Source: a virus
Taxonomy: Duplodnaviria; Caudoviricetes
Virus record (IMG/VR): IMGVR_UViG_3300032237_000071
Location: 1-37,347 of that record
Strand: one strand, 5' to 3'
Length of the DNA: 37,347 bases
Shown one piece after another: positions 5,696 through 16,482 of the stretch; within the stretch, counting starts at the first letter, position 1, and each line of letters begins with the position of its first letter. Position numbers and translations under genes: made by a program. The notes under the pieces were generated by a model, which was given only the letters and a program-made list of their open reading frames with translations, had not been told where the DNA came from and ran no database searches.

Positions 5696-6115
5696 ATGTC
5701 TGATGATGTCTCTTTTAAAGAGTTGTTGTTGTCTTCCCCCACAGTCCCACGTAGGAGGGGTCGTCCTCCTAAGTCACTTGTGGAGAGCAAGAAGAAGAGA
5801 AACAAAGTAGGAAGACCTTTAGGCGATGCAGGAAGAATACAAGAATTCAAAGCAAGGTTATTATCTACTTCGGGTACAAAGGTTATTGATACTGTACTTA
5901 GAAAAGCTTTGGATGATTCTGACAAAGACCAAGTAGCATGTCTTAAAATGTGTCTTGATAGAATGTTACCTACATCTCTATTTGAAAAAGATGCTAAAGG
6001 ACAACGTAATGCAGTAACGATTAATATTACTGGATTAGGTGAAACTAAGGTTGAAGCAGTAGAAGAAATAGAAGCTGAGATAGTCGACTATAACGAAATA
6101 AAGGAAGAACAATAA
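5696..6115 (+). CDS. Putative terminase small subunit
   Basis: Position before TerL; AT-hook-like RRRGRPPK and GRP; helical core ACLKMCLDRMLP; VTINITG tail. Confidence 0.65.
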   Translation: MSDDVSFKELLLSSPTVPRRRGRPPKSLVESKKKRNKVGRPLGDAGRIQEFKARLLSTSGTKVIDTVLRKALDDSDKDQVACLKMCLDRMLPTSLFEKDAKGQRNAVTINITGLGETKVEAVEEIEAEIVDYNEIKEEQ

Positions 6116-6258
6116 TGGCAACTAAGAAACCATCCCCTGGTCTAGTAAAAAAATTAGCAAAAGAATACCCTAAAGGTGTAATGATTCAAGATGCTAAACT
6201 TCCTAAAGGTGCAGTAGTAGCTACAAAAAAGAAATCAACAAACTTAAAAGCTAAGTAA
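6115..6258 (+). CDS. Small Lys-rich protein (47 aa)
   Basis: MATKKPSPGLVKKLAKEYPKG...; TAATG-coupled; its stop directly precedes the TerL TTG. Confidence 0.65.
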   Translation: MATKKPSPGLVKKLAKEYPKGVMIQDAKLPKGAVVATKKKSTNLKAK

Positions 6259-7512
6259 TTGAATTTAAGCTTTGAGTTACTACCTTGGCAAAAAGAAGTA
6301 TTCCAAGATACTACTAGATTTAAAGTTATTGTTGCTGGACGACGATGTGGTAAATCTAGATTATCTGCTGTGGCATTATTAGTCGAAGGACTACGTTGCC
6401 CACAAGGTAGTGCTGTAATGTATGTTGCGCCAACCCAGGGTCAAGCTCGTCAGATTATCTGGGATGTATTAATGGATTTAGGTAGAGATGTTATTCAAAG
6501 CAGTCATGTGAATAATATGGATATAACCTTAATCAATGGAGCAAAGATATATGTACGAGGCTCTGATAGACCTGACACCTTGCGTGGTGTTAGTCTTACT
6601 TTTTTGGTACTGGACGAAGTAGCTGATATTAAGAGTGAAACCTGGGAGAAGGTCTTACGTGCCTCACTTTCTGATAAAAAGGGGAACGCTCTTTTCATTG
6701 GGACACCAAAGGGTCGTAACTGGTTCTACGAGATGTATAACCTTGGTAAGACAGAAGATGATCCTGAATGGAAGAGCTGGCACTTTACGACCAAGGATAA
6801 TCCGCTTATCGATCCGCAAGAGATTGAAGGGGCTAAAAAGACGCTTAGTAGCTTCTCGTTTAAGCAGGAATACGAAGCCTCCTTTGATAACGCAGGAACA
6901 GACCTATTCAAAGAACAATGGATTAGGTTTGGTGAAGAACCAGATGATGGTGTCTACTACATAGCAATCGACTTAGCTGGCTTTACTAACGTAAACTACA
7001 GCAGCACAAGACAAAAGAAATTAGATGAATCAGCAATCGCAGTAGTAAAAGTTACTGATGATGGTGTTTGGTTTGTAAAGAAGATTGAGCATGGACGTTG
7101 GGATGTTAAGGATGCTGCTGCACGTATCCTAAAGAACATCAAGGAGTTTAAACCAATGGGTGTAGGGATGGAGCGAGGCACAGTTAGAAACGCTGTGTTG
7201 CCCTATCTAAGCGATCTGATGCGATCTAACAACATATACGCTTCTGTGCAAGACTTAACGCATGGTGGTAAACAAAAGACTGAACGTGTTGTCTGGGCAT
7301 TACAGGGACGATTCGAGCATGGTAAAGTAATCCTGAATGAGGATGAAGATTGGAAAGAGTTCCAAGACCAGCTACTGATGTTCCCTACCAGTCAAGTGCA
7401 TGATGACTTGGTTGATGCATTAAGTTACATAGATCAACTTGCAGTAACATCATACTTTGAAGATGAAGGTAATGATGGTGTTGAACCCCTTGACTTTATA
7501 TCAGGATACTAA
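6259..7512 (+). CDS. terL: Terminase large subunit
   Basis: Walker A AGRRCGKS, Walker B VLDE, IGTPKG, nuclease IDLA...HDDLVDA. Confidence 0.95.
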   Translation: MNLSFELLPWQKEVFQDTTRFKVIVAGRRCGKSRLSAVALLVEGLRCPQGSAVMYVAPTQGQARQIIWDVLMDLGRDVIQSSHVNNMDITLINGAKIYVRGSDRPDTLRGVSLTFLVLDEVADIKSETWEKVLRASLSDKKGNALFIGTPKGRNWFYEMYNLGKTEDDPEWKSWHFTTKDNPLIDPQEIEGAKKTLSSFSFKQEYEASFDNAGTDLFKEQWIRFGEEPDDGVYYIAIDLAGFTNVNYSSTRQKKLDESAIAVVKVTDDGVWFVKKIEHGRWDVKDAAARILKNIKEFKPMGVGMERGTVRNAVLPYLSDLMRSNNIYASVQDLTHGGKQKTERVVWALQGRFEHGKVILNEDEDWKEFQDQLLMFPTSQVHDDLVDALSYIDQLAVTSYFEDEGNDGVEPLDFISGY

Positions 7513-8006
7513 TGGATATTAGAAAACTAGACAACTGCCCTATTGCATTGCAAAGCAATACAGTAAATATTAAACATCACTTAGAAGCAATTGCAGAGCA
7601 TGGTCTAGGTCCTGCAGATCCTTTAGATAAAAACAGTTCTTTCTGGCAAGACAAAGCAGTATTGTGGGGTATCTCTGAAGGAGATGCTCGTGGTCGTTTA
7701 TGTAATAACTGTGAGTATTATTTTGATACTCCTCAAATTAGAAACTGTATTGAAGATGGTCCTGCTAAGGATCTTAAAGCTTCTGCACTACCTTTAATTC
7801 CACCTTGGGCTGATATTGAAAAGCAACCTATTGGCTACTGCGAGAAGTGGGATATCACTTGTTCTCCTATTCGTACCTGTGATGAACAAGAAATTTATCA
7901 AAGAGAAGATACTCCTCAAGAAGAAGATATGCAAGAACCTACTAATGTTTTTGATTCTTCTATTATTGAATACTCTGATTTAACTAAATCCTCATTGGAA
8001 GACTAA
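7512..8006 (+). CDS. Cys-rich protein, possibly HiPIP-like Fe-S binding
   Basis: CNNCEYY...GYCEKWDITC...RTCDE. Confidence 0.55.
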   Translation: MDIRKLDNCPIALQSNTVNIKHHLEAIAEHGLGPADPLDKNSSFWQDKAVLWGISEGDARGRLCNNCEYYFDTPQIRNCIEDGPAKDLKASALPLIPPWADIEKQPIGYCEKWDITCSPIRTCDEQEIYQREDTPQEEDMQEPTNVFDSSIIEYSDLTKSSLED

Positions 8007-8008
8007 AT

Positions 8009-9988
8009 ATGGCAACTAAGAAGATGGAGCAATTTGAAGAAACTCCAGTAACAGATGCAGATCAAGACCTAATTGAGTTTGTAAGTACACATTGTACTGA
8101 GTGGAGAAACAATAGAGACGTTAATTACCTTAAGACTTGGGAAGAATATGAGCGTATGTTCCGTGGTATTTGGGACTTAGCTGATCAGAGTCGTGATTCA
8201 GAGCGTAGTCGTTTAGTAACTCCAGCATTACAACAAGCTATTGAAGCTAAGCAAGCTGAAATTGCTGAAGCAGTCTTTGGTCGTGGAGATTTCTTTGATA
8301 TCGCTGATGATGTGCAAGATCAAGACCCTGCAGATATTGAACTAGTACGTCGTCAAATGCACGAAGACTTCCAGTTTAGTCGTGTTAAGAAGTCTATTGA
8401 TGATATTATTCTCTTAGCTGAGATGTATGGTACTGGTATTGGCGAGATTGTAATAGAAGAGAAGACAGTTATGTCTCCTGATACGCAACCTATTCCAGGA
8501 AGTGGTATGGCAGCTATTGGTGTACAAGAAAAAAAGCAATTTATGGTGGCTATTAATCCTATTAATCCACGTAACTTTCTCATTGATCCTAATGCTACCA
8601 CAGTTGAAACATCTTTAGGTGTAGCAATTGAAGAATATATGTCTTACTATACCATTATTCAAGGTATGGAAAAGGGAATCTATCGTAAAGTTAATGTAGT
8701 TCCTGGATATGGCTCTACTAGACTAGAAGAAACACAAGAACCAGTACCTTCACGTAGCGATAAACTACAAGTTATTCGTTACTATGGTCTTGTTCCTCGT
8801 GATATGCTTGAAGGATTAGAAGCATCAGAAACTACTGTAGAGTTATTCCCAGAAGAGTCTGTGGCTGACCACTACTCTGACATGGTTGAAGCTGTAGTTG
8901 TTATTGCAGACAATCAATATCTCCTTAAAGCTGAGCCTTCTCCTTATATGATGAAGGACCGTCCTATTGTTTCCTATCAAGCAGACTCAATGCCAGGTCG
9001 TTTCTGGGGTCGAGGGACTGCTGAGAAGGGCTACAATATGCAGAAAGCTATTGATGCTCAGATCCGTAGTCACTTAGATTCTTTAGCACTAACTACTGCA
9101 CCAATGATGGCTATGGATGCTACACGTTTACCTCGTGGTGCTAAGTATGAAGTACGTCCAGGTAAGAACCTTTTGGTTAACGGTAATCCTAATGAGATTA
9201 TGATGCCATTTAAGTTTGGCACTACAGATCCTGCTAATTTTGCTACAGCACAGAACTTTCAACAAATGCTCTTAGCTGCTACTGGTACTCTAGATAGTTC
9301 ATCTATGCCAGGTCAAGTAGCTGGTGGTGAAGCTTCAGGTGCTGGTATGTCTATGGCTCTGTCTGGTTTGATGAAGAAGAACAAACGTGCTCTCATTAAC
9401 TTTCAAGAAGACTTCCTAATCCCATTCATCCGTAAGGCTGCTTGGAGATTTATGCAGTTTGATCCTGAGCGTTACCCAGTAAAAGACTTTAAGTTTGTTC
9501 CTTTATCTACAATGGGAATGGTTGCTCGTGAATATGAACAACAACAGTTAGTTGGCTTAATGCAAACCCTTGGACCTACAAGTCCTATTACTCCAGTCTT
9601 GCTACAGGGCATTATTCAGTCCTCAAGTCTGTCTAATAGAGATACTATTATTGGACAACTACAGCAAATGAGTCAGCCTGACCCAATGCAAGAACAAGTA
9701 CAACAGTTACAAATGGCTACTGCACAGGCTACGCTTCAGAAAACTCAAGCTGAAGCTGCCTTGGCTATGGCTAATGCACAGAAAGCAGGTGCTCAAGCTC
9801 AAGCCGTTCCTGCTGAAACGCAAGCTAAACTGCTATCTGCAGCGTCTAAGAACACTTCTGATCCTATGTCAAAAGAGTTTGAGAATCGTATGAAATTAGC
9901 TGATAAACTGATTAAAGTAGAAGATATCAAGTCAAATGAGCGTATTGCTGAGATGCAAATGAATAGAAAAGTACAAAATATTGCTTGA
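8009..9988 (+). CDS. Portal protein
   Basis: 659 aa after TerL; YGTGI and FWGRG motifs; Gln/Ala-rich C-terminal coiled-coil barrel as in P22-type portals. Confidence 0.88.
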   Translation: MATKKMEQFEETPVTDADQDLIEFVSTHCTEWRNNRDVNYLKTWEEYERMFRGIWDLADQSRDSERSRLVTPALQQAIEAKQAEIAEAVFGRGDFFDIADDVQDQDPADIELVRRQMHEDFQFSRVKKSIDDIILLAEMYGTGIGEIVIEEKTVMSPDTQPIPGSGMAAIGVQEKKQFMVAINPINPRNFLIDPNATTVETSLGVAIEEYMSYYTIIQGMEKGIYRKVNVVPGYGSTRLEETQEPVPSRSDKLQVIRYYGLVPRDMLEGLEASETTVELFPEESVADHYSDMVEAVVVIADNQYLLKAEPSPYMMKDRPIVSYQADSMPGRFWGRGTAEKGYNMQKAIDAQIRSHLDSLALTTAPMMAMDATRLPRGAKYEVRPGKNLLVNGNPNEIMMPFKFGTTDPANFATAQNFQQMLLAATGTLDSSSMPGQVAGGEASGAGMSMALSGLMKKNKRALINFQEDFLIPFIRKAAWRFMQFDPERYPVKDFKFVPLSTMGMVAREYEQQQLVGLMQTLGPTSPITPVLLQGIIQSSSLSNRDTIIGQLQQMSQPDPMQEQVQQLQMATAQATLQKTQAEAALAMANAQKAGAQAQAVPAETQAKLLSAASKNTSDPMSKEFENRMKLADKLIKVEDIKSNERIAEMQMNRKVQNIA

Positions 9989-10013
9989 CTTTTAAGCAAA
10001 ACTATGTTATAAT
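9985..10013 (+). promoter_or_regulatory. sigma70 promoter for scaffold/capsid genes, with a Fis-like dyad over the -35
   Basis: TTGACT, 17 bp spacer, TGtTATAAT; TTGCTTGACTTTTAAGCAA dyad at 9981-9999. Confidence 0.8.
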
Positions 10014-10060
10014 ATTAATACACTAACACACATTTACTCCCTTGTCAAGGAAAAAGTTAA

Positions 10061-10306
10061 ATGAATAAAGAATTACAACAGTACTATGAGAATAGATTTG
10101 GAATGATGGCTACCCAAGGGTGGGCTGATCTAGTCGAAGACATAGAACTAATGATTAAAAGTACAGATACCATACGTGGTACAGATACAGAGCAACAACT
10201 CTGGTTCAAGAAGGGCGAACTGTCCATCATGAACTGGATTAAGACTTTAAGAGAATCAAGTAGCGAAGTCTACGAACAACTTCAGGATGAAACTGAAGAT
10301 GCCTAG
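10061..10306 (+). CDS. Hypothetical head-module protein
   Basis: ORF track; helical; lies between portal and scaffold. Confidence 0.75.
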   Translation: MNKELQQYYENRFGMMATQGWADLVEDIELMIKSTDTIRGTDTEQQLWFKKGELSIMNWIKTLRESSSEVYEQLQDETEDA

Positions 10307-10544
10307 AAGACTATTTGATTTTGAATGCAAGAATTCACATAATACTGAAGCCTTCGTCGATGTTGACATAAAAGAAGTTCAGTGTAGTGAGTGTGGCGAC
10401 AAGGCAAGTCGCATCATCTCCCCTACTGGGATCTATTTAGAACCTTTTAGTGGGCTTTTTCCATCTGCTTCAGATAGATGGGAGAGGGTGAGAGCTGAGA
10501 AGCTGGCACAGGAGAGGAAAACAAATGCTAATCACGGTTCGTAA
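10299..10544 (+). CDS. FmdB-like zinc-ribbon protein
   Basis: MPRRLFDFECKNSH...CSECG...RIISP. Confidence 0.7.
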   Translation: MPRRLFDFECKNSHNTEAFVDVDIKEVQCSECGDKASRIISPTGIYLEPFSGLFPSASDRWERVRAEKLAQERKTNANHGS

Positions 10545-10608
10545 ATGGCAACTCTTGACCACCGAATCATTTTAATGTCCTAAAATCGCAATGCGACAGG
10601 AGTAATAC

Positions 10609-11418
10609 ATGGCTGAAATAATTGAAGTGCAAGAAGACCAAGGTAATTTTGATAGTCTTCAACCTGCTACACAACCTGAACCTACTGAACAAGTAGAAAC
10701 TTCAGATAACTTAGCAACTGAACCAGATGTTCCCGAAAAGTATAAGGGTAAATCCTTAGATCAAATCGTGAAGATGCATCAAGAAGCTGAGAAGCTTATT
10801 GGTCGTCAGGCTCAAGAGGTTGGAGAAAGTCGTAAGTTACTCGATGAGTATATCAAGCAACAACTCAATAGTACAAAGACCGACTTACAGCCAAGTAAAC
10901 AACAAGAGATTGATTGGTTTGAAGATCCTGTAAAAGCAGTGAATCAGGCAGTGGAGAATAACCCAATTTTCAAACAGTTGCAAGAACAGCAAGCACAACA
11001 ACTAAAGCAAGCTGCCTTATCAACTATTGAAAAATCACATCCTGATTTTGTAAGTATTGCTCAATCTGAAGATTTTACTCAATGGGTAAAAGATTCTAAG
11101 ATTCGTATGCAATTATTTGCTCAGGCTAATGACTACGACGTAGATGCAGCGATGGAACTCTTAGGGACTTACAAGTCTATAAAGGGTATCCAAGAACAGA
11201 AGTCTCAAAAGACTGATGTAACGCTGCAGAAAGCTGAAGTCGAAGCAAGAACAAAGACGCTTAAAGCTGCTGGAGTCCAACAAGGTGGCTCAGGGGAAAT
11301 GTCCAAACCTATTTATCGTCGTGTCGATTTAATTCGTTTAAGAATGCAAGACCCAGAGCGTTATAATGCACTGCAAGATGATATCATGCAAGCTTATAAT
11401 GAGGGTCGTGTAAAATAA
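10609..11418 (+). CDS. Capsid scaffolding protein
   Basis: Acidic N-terminus, coiled coil, directly upstream of the capsid gene, ends AYNEGRVK. Confidence 0.75.
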   Translation: MAEIIEVQEDQGNFDSLQPATQPEPTEQVETSDNLATEPDVPEKYKGKSLDQIVKMHQEAEKLIGRQAQEVGESRKLLDEYIKQQLNSTKTDLQPSKQQEIDWFEDPVKAVNQAVENNPIFKQLQEQQAQQLKQAALSTIEKSHPDFVSIAQSEDFTQWVKDSKIRMQLFAQANDYDVDAAMELLGTYKSIKGIQEQKSQKTDVTLQKAEVEARTKTLKAAGVQQGGSGEMSKPIYRRVDLIRLRMQDPERYNALQDDIMQAYNEGRVK

Positions 11419-11442
11419 CATTACAATTTTAGGAGATTTAAA

Positions 11443-12363
11443 ATGGCTTTAGGCACAAATCATCAAACGATCACTACTGCGGATAAGTTTATCCCAGAGA
11501 TTTGGTCAGACGAAGTAGTTGCAACATACAAAAAGAATCTAGTTCTCGCTAACCTTATCAAGAAGATTGCTTTCAAAGGTAAGAAGGGCGACACACTACA
11601 TATTCCAAAACCAGGTCGTGGCTCTGCTAACGCAAAAGCTGCTTCTACTCAAGTAACATTAAACACAGACACAGCTACTGAAGTTAACGTAGTTATTGAT
11701 CAGCATTGGGAATATTCAATCTTGATCGAAGACATCGTTGAAGCTCAGGCTTTGGCTTCTATGCGTCAGTTCTACACTGATGACGCTGGCTATGCTCTTG
11801 CTCGTCAAGTTGATAGCACATTGATCCAGTTGGGTCGTGGTGTTCAAGGTGGTGGCGGTACTGCTGCTTATAGCGGTGCTTACATTGGTTCTAATGGTAC
11901 AACTGCATATGTTGCAGCTTCTAACAACGAAGCAGCTATCACTGACGCAGCTATCCGTCGTTCTATCCAGCGTTTGGATGACAATGATGTTCCAATGGAT
12001 GGTCGCTTCTTGATCGTTCCTCCATCAACACGTAACACTTTGATGGGCTTGGCTCGTTACACTGAGCAAGCTTTCGTAGGTGAAGCTGGTGGTCAGAACA
12101 CAATTCGTAACGGTGAAATTGGTAACTTGTACGGTGTTCCAGTATTTGTTTCCAGCAACGCTGATACAACTTCTGGTTCTGGTGCTGCTCGTATTTGCTT
12201 GCTAGGTCATCGTGACTTCGCAGTATTAGCTGAGCAAATGGCTGTTCGTTCACAAACTCAGTACAAGCAAGAGTACCTCGGTACATTGTTCACTGCTGAT
12301 ACACTCTTTGGTACTAAAGAGTTGCGTGACGGTTCTGCTGTTGCACTCGCTGTTCCAGCTTAA
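11443..12363 (+). CDS. Major capsid protein (HK97 fold, podovirus type)
   Basis: FIPEIWS, GDTLHIP, LDDNDVPMDGRFLIVPP, GNLYGVPVFVS, ADTLFG; strong RBS; highly biased codons. Confidence 0.92.
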   Translation: MALGTNHQTITTADKFIPEIWSDEVVATYKKNLVLANLIKKIAFKGKKGDTLHIPKPGRGSANAKAASTQVTLNTDTATEVNVVIDQHWEYSILIEDIVEAQALASMRQFYTDDAGYALARQVDSTLIQLGRGVQGGGGTAAYSGAYIGSNGTTAYVAASNNEAAITDAAIRRSIQRLDDNDVPMDGRFLIVPPSTRNTLMGLARYTEQAFVGEAGGQNTIRNGEIGNLYGVPVFVSSNADTTSGSGAARICLLGHRDFAVLAEQMAVRSQTQYKQEYLGTLFTADTLFGTKELRDGSAVALAVPA

Positions 12364-12377
12364 GTAATAGATTTACT

Positions 12378-12412
12378 CTGCCCTGGTAGAAACTGCTGGG
12401 GCAGTTTACTTA
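12378..12412 (+). terminator. Hairpin after the capsid gene (probable partial intrinsic terminator)
   Basis: CTGCCCTGGTAG-AAA-CTGCTGGGGCAG followed by TTTACTT. Confidence 0.6.
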
Positions 12413-12456
12413 AGTGCTCTACTTAGAGCTTTTAAATAAACTGTAGGAGATACTAA

Positions 12457-12618
12457 ATGGCATTATTCAAATGCATTCAAACTGAAAATATAACTGAGTT
12501 CCTTAACGAGCATGATATTGTTCAGATGAGATCACATCCAAGTTACGAAGAAGTTAAAGAAGAAACTAAACCTGCAACAAAACCTAAGAAAACTGTAGCA
12601 CAATCTGAGGAAGTTTAA
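12457..12618 (+). CDS. Hypothetical protein (53 aa, MALFKCIQTENITEF...)
   Basis: AGGAG RBS; its stop abuts the next ATG. Confidence 0.7.
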   Translation: MALFKCIQTENITEFLNEHDIVQMRSHPSYEEVKEETKPATKPKKTVAQSEEV

Positions 12619-15600
12619 ATGGGCATCTATCGTGGTCCTGGTGGTACTGGTGACGCTACGCAAGATGCTTCATCCCAGGCAGTTATCACAATTCAAGCTA
12701 AAGATGCTGCACTAGCTGCTCAGGCTGCTGCAGAAACTTCTGCTACTAACGCATCGACAAGTGCATCTAATGCTTCTACGTCAGCAACTTCTGCTTCTTC
12801 ATCTGCATCATCGGCTACTACTTCTGCAAGCAATGCCTCAACATCAGCTACCAACGCAGCTAGTTCCGCTTCTTCAGCTTCAACATCAGCTTCAACAGCT
12901 ACTACTCAAGCAGGTATAGCCACAACAAAAGCAAGTGAAGCAAGCACATCTGCTACCAACGCATCTACTTCTGCATCTACTGCAACTACTCAGGCAACTA
13001 ATGCGTCTAATTCAGCAAGTGCAGCAAGCACTTCAGCAACTAATGCTTCAAACAGTGCGACTTCTGCAGCCACATCTGCAACCAATGCAAGCAACTCAGC
13101 TACATCCGCTTCAGGATCAGCTACTACAGCAACTACTCAAGCCTCTAATGCCAGCACTAGTGCATCTAATGCAGCATCCTCTGCATCAAGTGCGTCTACC
13201 TCAGCTAGTACGGCTACTACTCAAGCAGGAATAGCTACTACTCAGGCTTCTAACGCTTCCTCTTCAGCATCTGCCGCATCTACTTCTGCAACTAATGCAT
13301 CAAATTCAGCCACAAACGCTGCTACTTCAGCCACAAACTCTGCTAGTTCCGCCACTTCTTCTGCATCTTCTGCAACAGCTTCTGCTGCTGCTCGTGATGC
13401 TGCTTTAGCTGCTTTAGATAGTTTTGATGATAGATACTTAGGAACTAAAACATCAGATCCTACATTAGATAACGATGGTAATGCTTTAGTTTCTGGTGCT
13501 TTGTATTTTAATACTACTACTAATAGTATGAATGTATATGATGGCTCTCTTTGGTTAGCTGCTTATGCTTCATTATCTGGTGCTTTACTTGCAACTAATA
13601 ATTTATCTGATTTAAACAATACAGCAACTGCACGTACTAATTTAGGTTTAGGAACTGCAGCAACAACAGCATCTTCTGCATATGCTACTGCAGCACAAGG
13701 AACTAAAGCAGATTCAGCATTACAACCTGCAACTATTGGTTCTACAGTTCAAGCATGGGATGGTGATTTAGATGCTATTGGAGCTATTTCAGGAACATCT
13801 GGATTACTAAAGAAAACTGCTGCTAATACTTGGTCATTAGATACTAATACTTATTTAACTTCTGCAGTTACTTCAGTTACAGGAACTTCTCCTGTTGTGT
13901 CATCAGGTGGTAACACTCCAGCAATAAGTATTCCTGCAGCAACTACTTCTGTAAATGGATATTTAACATCTGCAGATTGGACAACTTTTAATGGTAAACA
14001 AGCAGCTCTAGTTAGTGGTACAAATATTAAGACTGTAAACAGTACAAGTGTTTTAGGGTCTGGAGATGTTTCTGTAGGTGTGACAAGTGTTACAGGAACT
14101 GCACCAGTAGTTTCAAGTGGTGGTGCAACACCAGCTATCTCAATGGCTGCAGCTAACACAACAACTAATGGTTATTTAACAAGTACTGATTGGAATACCT
14201 TTAACGGTAAACAAGCTGCAGGTTCTTATGTGACTGTTGGAGGTGCTTTAGGTACACCTTCTAGTGGTACACTAACAAACTGTACTTTCCCTACACTTAA
14301 TCAAAACACTACAGGTACAGCAGCTAACGTAACTGGTACTGTGGTAGTAGCTAACGGAGGTACAGGTTCAACAACCCTTACTGCTAATAACGTATTATTA
14401 GGTAATGGAACTTCAGCACTACAAGCTGTTGCTCCTGGAACATCAGGTAACGTATTAACTTCTAATGGTACAACTTGGACAAGTGCAACACCTGCAGGAG
14501 GTGGTTTTAGTGGGGCAACAACCAATGCAATAGGTTCTTCTGCGATTACGCTTACAAGTTCGTCTACTCAATATCAAGTAACGCAAATTACTAGCCTTGC
14601 AAACTGCATTGTCAATTTGCCAAACGCAACAACTTTAACAGTTAAAGGTTTTGCACCTTATGTTATTGAAAACCGAAATCCTTGTGGTGGTAATTTATCC
14701 ATTAAAGATGCTAGTGGTACAGTAATAGGTTATATTCCTATTGGATATATTGGTCTTGTTGCTTTAAAAGACAATTCAACTTCTGCTGGTTCTTGGACAG
14801 TTGAAAAAGTCCAACCACAAACATTTTTGAATTGGGATACAGCCAGTTATTCGCTTAACACCCAAACTGGTACTACATTTTATGGAATGGTTGGTTTAAC
14901 TTCTACTTTATTTGTGCGTTTTAGATTTAGTAGAACAGGTGGTGCTGGTGCTTATACTACTGTTGTTTATTCACAAGCGTGTTCTATTTCAGGAAGCACA
15001 ATTACTTTTGGTACAACAGTTAGTTTTAACTTTTATACTACAAGTGGTCCTAATTATGCAGAAAATATTTATCAATTCCAAGCAATTAGATTATCAAATA
15101 CTGCTTATGTATTAAAAATTGGCGGTGTGAATGTGGTTGGTTGTACTAGAACTGCAAGCAATAATTTTAGAGTTTGCACAGTTTCAGGTACAACTATTAC
15201 ACAAGGTTCATCATCTAATGGTGGTTTACCCCAAACTGCTGATGGTGCTAATGGTTATGCGGCTGATGCCGCCTCTGTTAATGGTGTTATTACAAGATTG
15301 TCTGATACTTCTTTTGCTCTTATTTACAATTCAGCTTGTTCAGATACTTATATTTCACCTTATGGTTATTCAGGTTCTTTAGCGGCACAAATTGTTACAG
15401 TTAGTGGAACAACGCTAACGATTGGAACTGCCGTAAACTTAGGCACAAGCACTTATTCACAGCCTACTTCAATAGTTGCACTATCTTCTACTTCTTTGTT
15501 TGTTGCTTACGGTCAATCTGCATCTGCTGGGGCAACAACAGGTAGAAGCAAAATGAATGTGGTTTCTGTTTCGGGAACAACTCCTACATGGGGAACTTCA

Positions 15601-15993
15601 GTCAGTATTGAAGCGGCTGATACTATTAATTATTTAAACACATGGGCTTTAATTGATGGAGCAGTAGCACCATCTTCATCGCAAGTAGTATTTTGTACTG
15701 GTTACAACACTTCCGAAGGAACTGTATCAGGAACTACACCAACTTATGATTCAAGCCCTTATGGTAGTGCAATAGCACCTTTATTTTTATCAACATCATC
15801 AAAAGCATGGTCACCTAGTCGTATATATTTGAATATTCAAACTGGCGGTTTTGTAACAACAACAAACGCTATTGATTTAATACAAATTAACACCCCTTAT
15901 TCAGCAACACCGCAATCACCATTAGGGGCGCAACCAACTACATCCTTTGTTGGTGCTGATAACCAATATGTTATGCTAGGAAACACATTATGA
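12619..15993 (+). CDS. Long fibre / receptor-binding protein
   Basis: Ala/Ser/Thr heptad stalk, [15 protein letters not shown] fibre motif, GGTG repeats, beta-rich C-terminal domain; followed by a chaperone gene. Confidence 0.85.
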   Translation: MGIYRGPGGTGDATQDASSQAVITIQAKDAALAAQAAAETSATNASTSASNASTSATSASSSASSATTSASNASTSATNAASSASSASTSASTATTQAGIATTKASEASTSATNASTSASTATTQATNASNSASAASTSATNASNSATSAATSATNASNSATSASGSATTATTQASNASTSASNAASSASSASTSASTATTQAGIATTQASNASSSASAASTSATNASNSATNAATSATNSASSATSSASSATASAAARDAALAALDSFDDRYLGTKTSDPTLDNDGNALVSGALYFNTTTNSMNVYDGSLWLAAYASLSGALLATNNLSDLNNTATARTNLGLGTAATTASSAYATAAQGTKADSALQPATIGSTVQAWDGDLDAIGAISGTSGLLKKTAANTWSLDTNTYLTSAVTSVTGTSPVVSSGGNTPAISIPAATTSVNGYLTSADWTTFNGKQAALVSGTNIKTVNSTSVLGSGDVSVGVTSVTGTAPVVSSGGATPAISMAAANTTTNGYLTSTDWNTFNGKQAAGSYVTVGGALGTPSSGTLTNCTFPTLNQNTTGTAANVTGTVVVANGGTGSTTLTANNVLLGNGTSALQAVAPGTSGNVLTSNGTTWTSATPAGGGFSGATTNAIGSSAITLTSSSTQYQVTQITSLANCIVNLPNATTLTVKGFAPYVIENRNPCGGNLSIKDASGTVIGYIPIGYIGLVALKDNSTSAGSWTVEKVQPQTFLNWDTASYSLNTQTGTTFYGMVGLTSTLFVRFRFSRTGGAGAYTTVVYSQACSISGSTITFGTTVSFNFYTTSGPNYAENIYQFQAIRLSNTAYVLKIGGVNVVGCTRTASNNFRVCTVSGTTITQGSSSNGGLPQTADGANGYAADAASVNGVITRLSDTSFALIYNSACSDTYISPYGYSGSLAAQIVTVSGTTLTIGTAVNLGTSTYSQPTSIVALSSTSLFVAYGQSASAGATTGRSKMNVVSVSGTTPTWGTSVSIEAADTINYLNTWALIDGAVAPSSSQVVFCTGYNTSEGTVSGTTPTYDSSPYGSAIAPLFLSTSSKAWSPSRIYLNIQTGGFVTTTNAIDLIQINTPYSATPQSPLGAQPTTSFVGADNQYVMLGNTL
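12730..13400 (+). repeat. Low-complexity heptad repeats (SASNAST / SATNASN)
   Basis: Seven-residue periodicity in the translation. Confidence 0.85.
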
Positions 15994-16481
15994 ACTTGAT
16001 TATTAATAATGCAACTAATATTGTTTGGACACAAACTGATAGTGAAATTACACAAGCAAACGGTAATTATCAAATTAATGGCATCAATGTAGGTATTTCT
16101 GTTTCTGAAAATAGTGTTGTTGAAAATGCTAATGCTTGTACATTTCAATTTTTCTTTCCTGAAACATTTACTTATGTTGCTGGTGTTTGGGCTATTGGCA
16201 ATCAAGATTTTTACAATCAACAAATGTCAGTATTAAATACTCAAGAAGGTGACAAAGTACGAGTAAAGCGTGATGCTTTATTAAATGCAACCGATTGGAC
16301 ACAAATTCCAAATAATCCATTAACTGCTGAAGTTCAACAACAATTTGTTGTTTATCGTCAAGCGTTGCGTAATGTTACTTTGCAAGCTGGTTTTCCATTT
16401 AATGTTGTTTTGCCTACACCGCCAGTAATTACAGCCGCAGTCCAGCCTGAAACAACTGGTACACAAACTTTAGGTGCTTAA
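15990..16481 (+). CDS. Tail fibre assembly chaperone
   Basis: [18 protein letters not shown]...[14 protein letters not shown] pattern. Confidence 0.8.
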   Translation: MNLIINNATNIVWTQTDSEITQANGNYQINGINVGISVSENSVVENANACTFQFFFPETFTYVAGVWAIGNQDFYNQQMSVLNTQEGDKVRVKRDALLNATDWTQIPNNPLTAEVQQQFVVYRQALRNVTLQAGFPFNVVLPTPPVITAAVQPETTGTQTLGA

Positions 16482-16482
16482 T

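Noticed and set aside
12935-15382. Alternative-frame and antisense ORFs inside the fibre gene
   Set aside because: Products of low-complexity repeats and codon bias; no RBS or sensible composition
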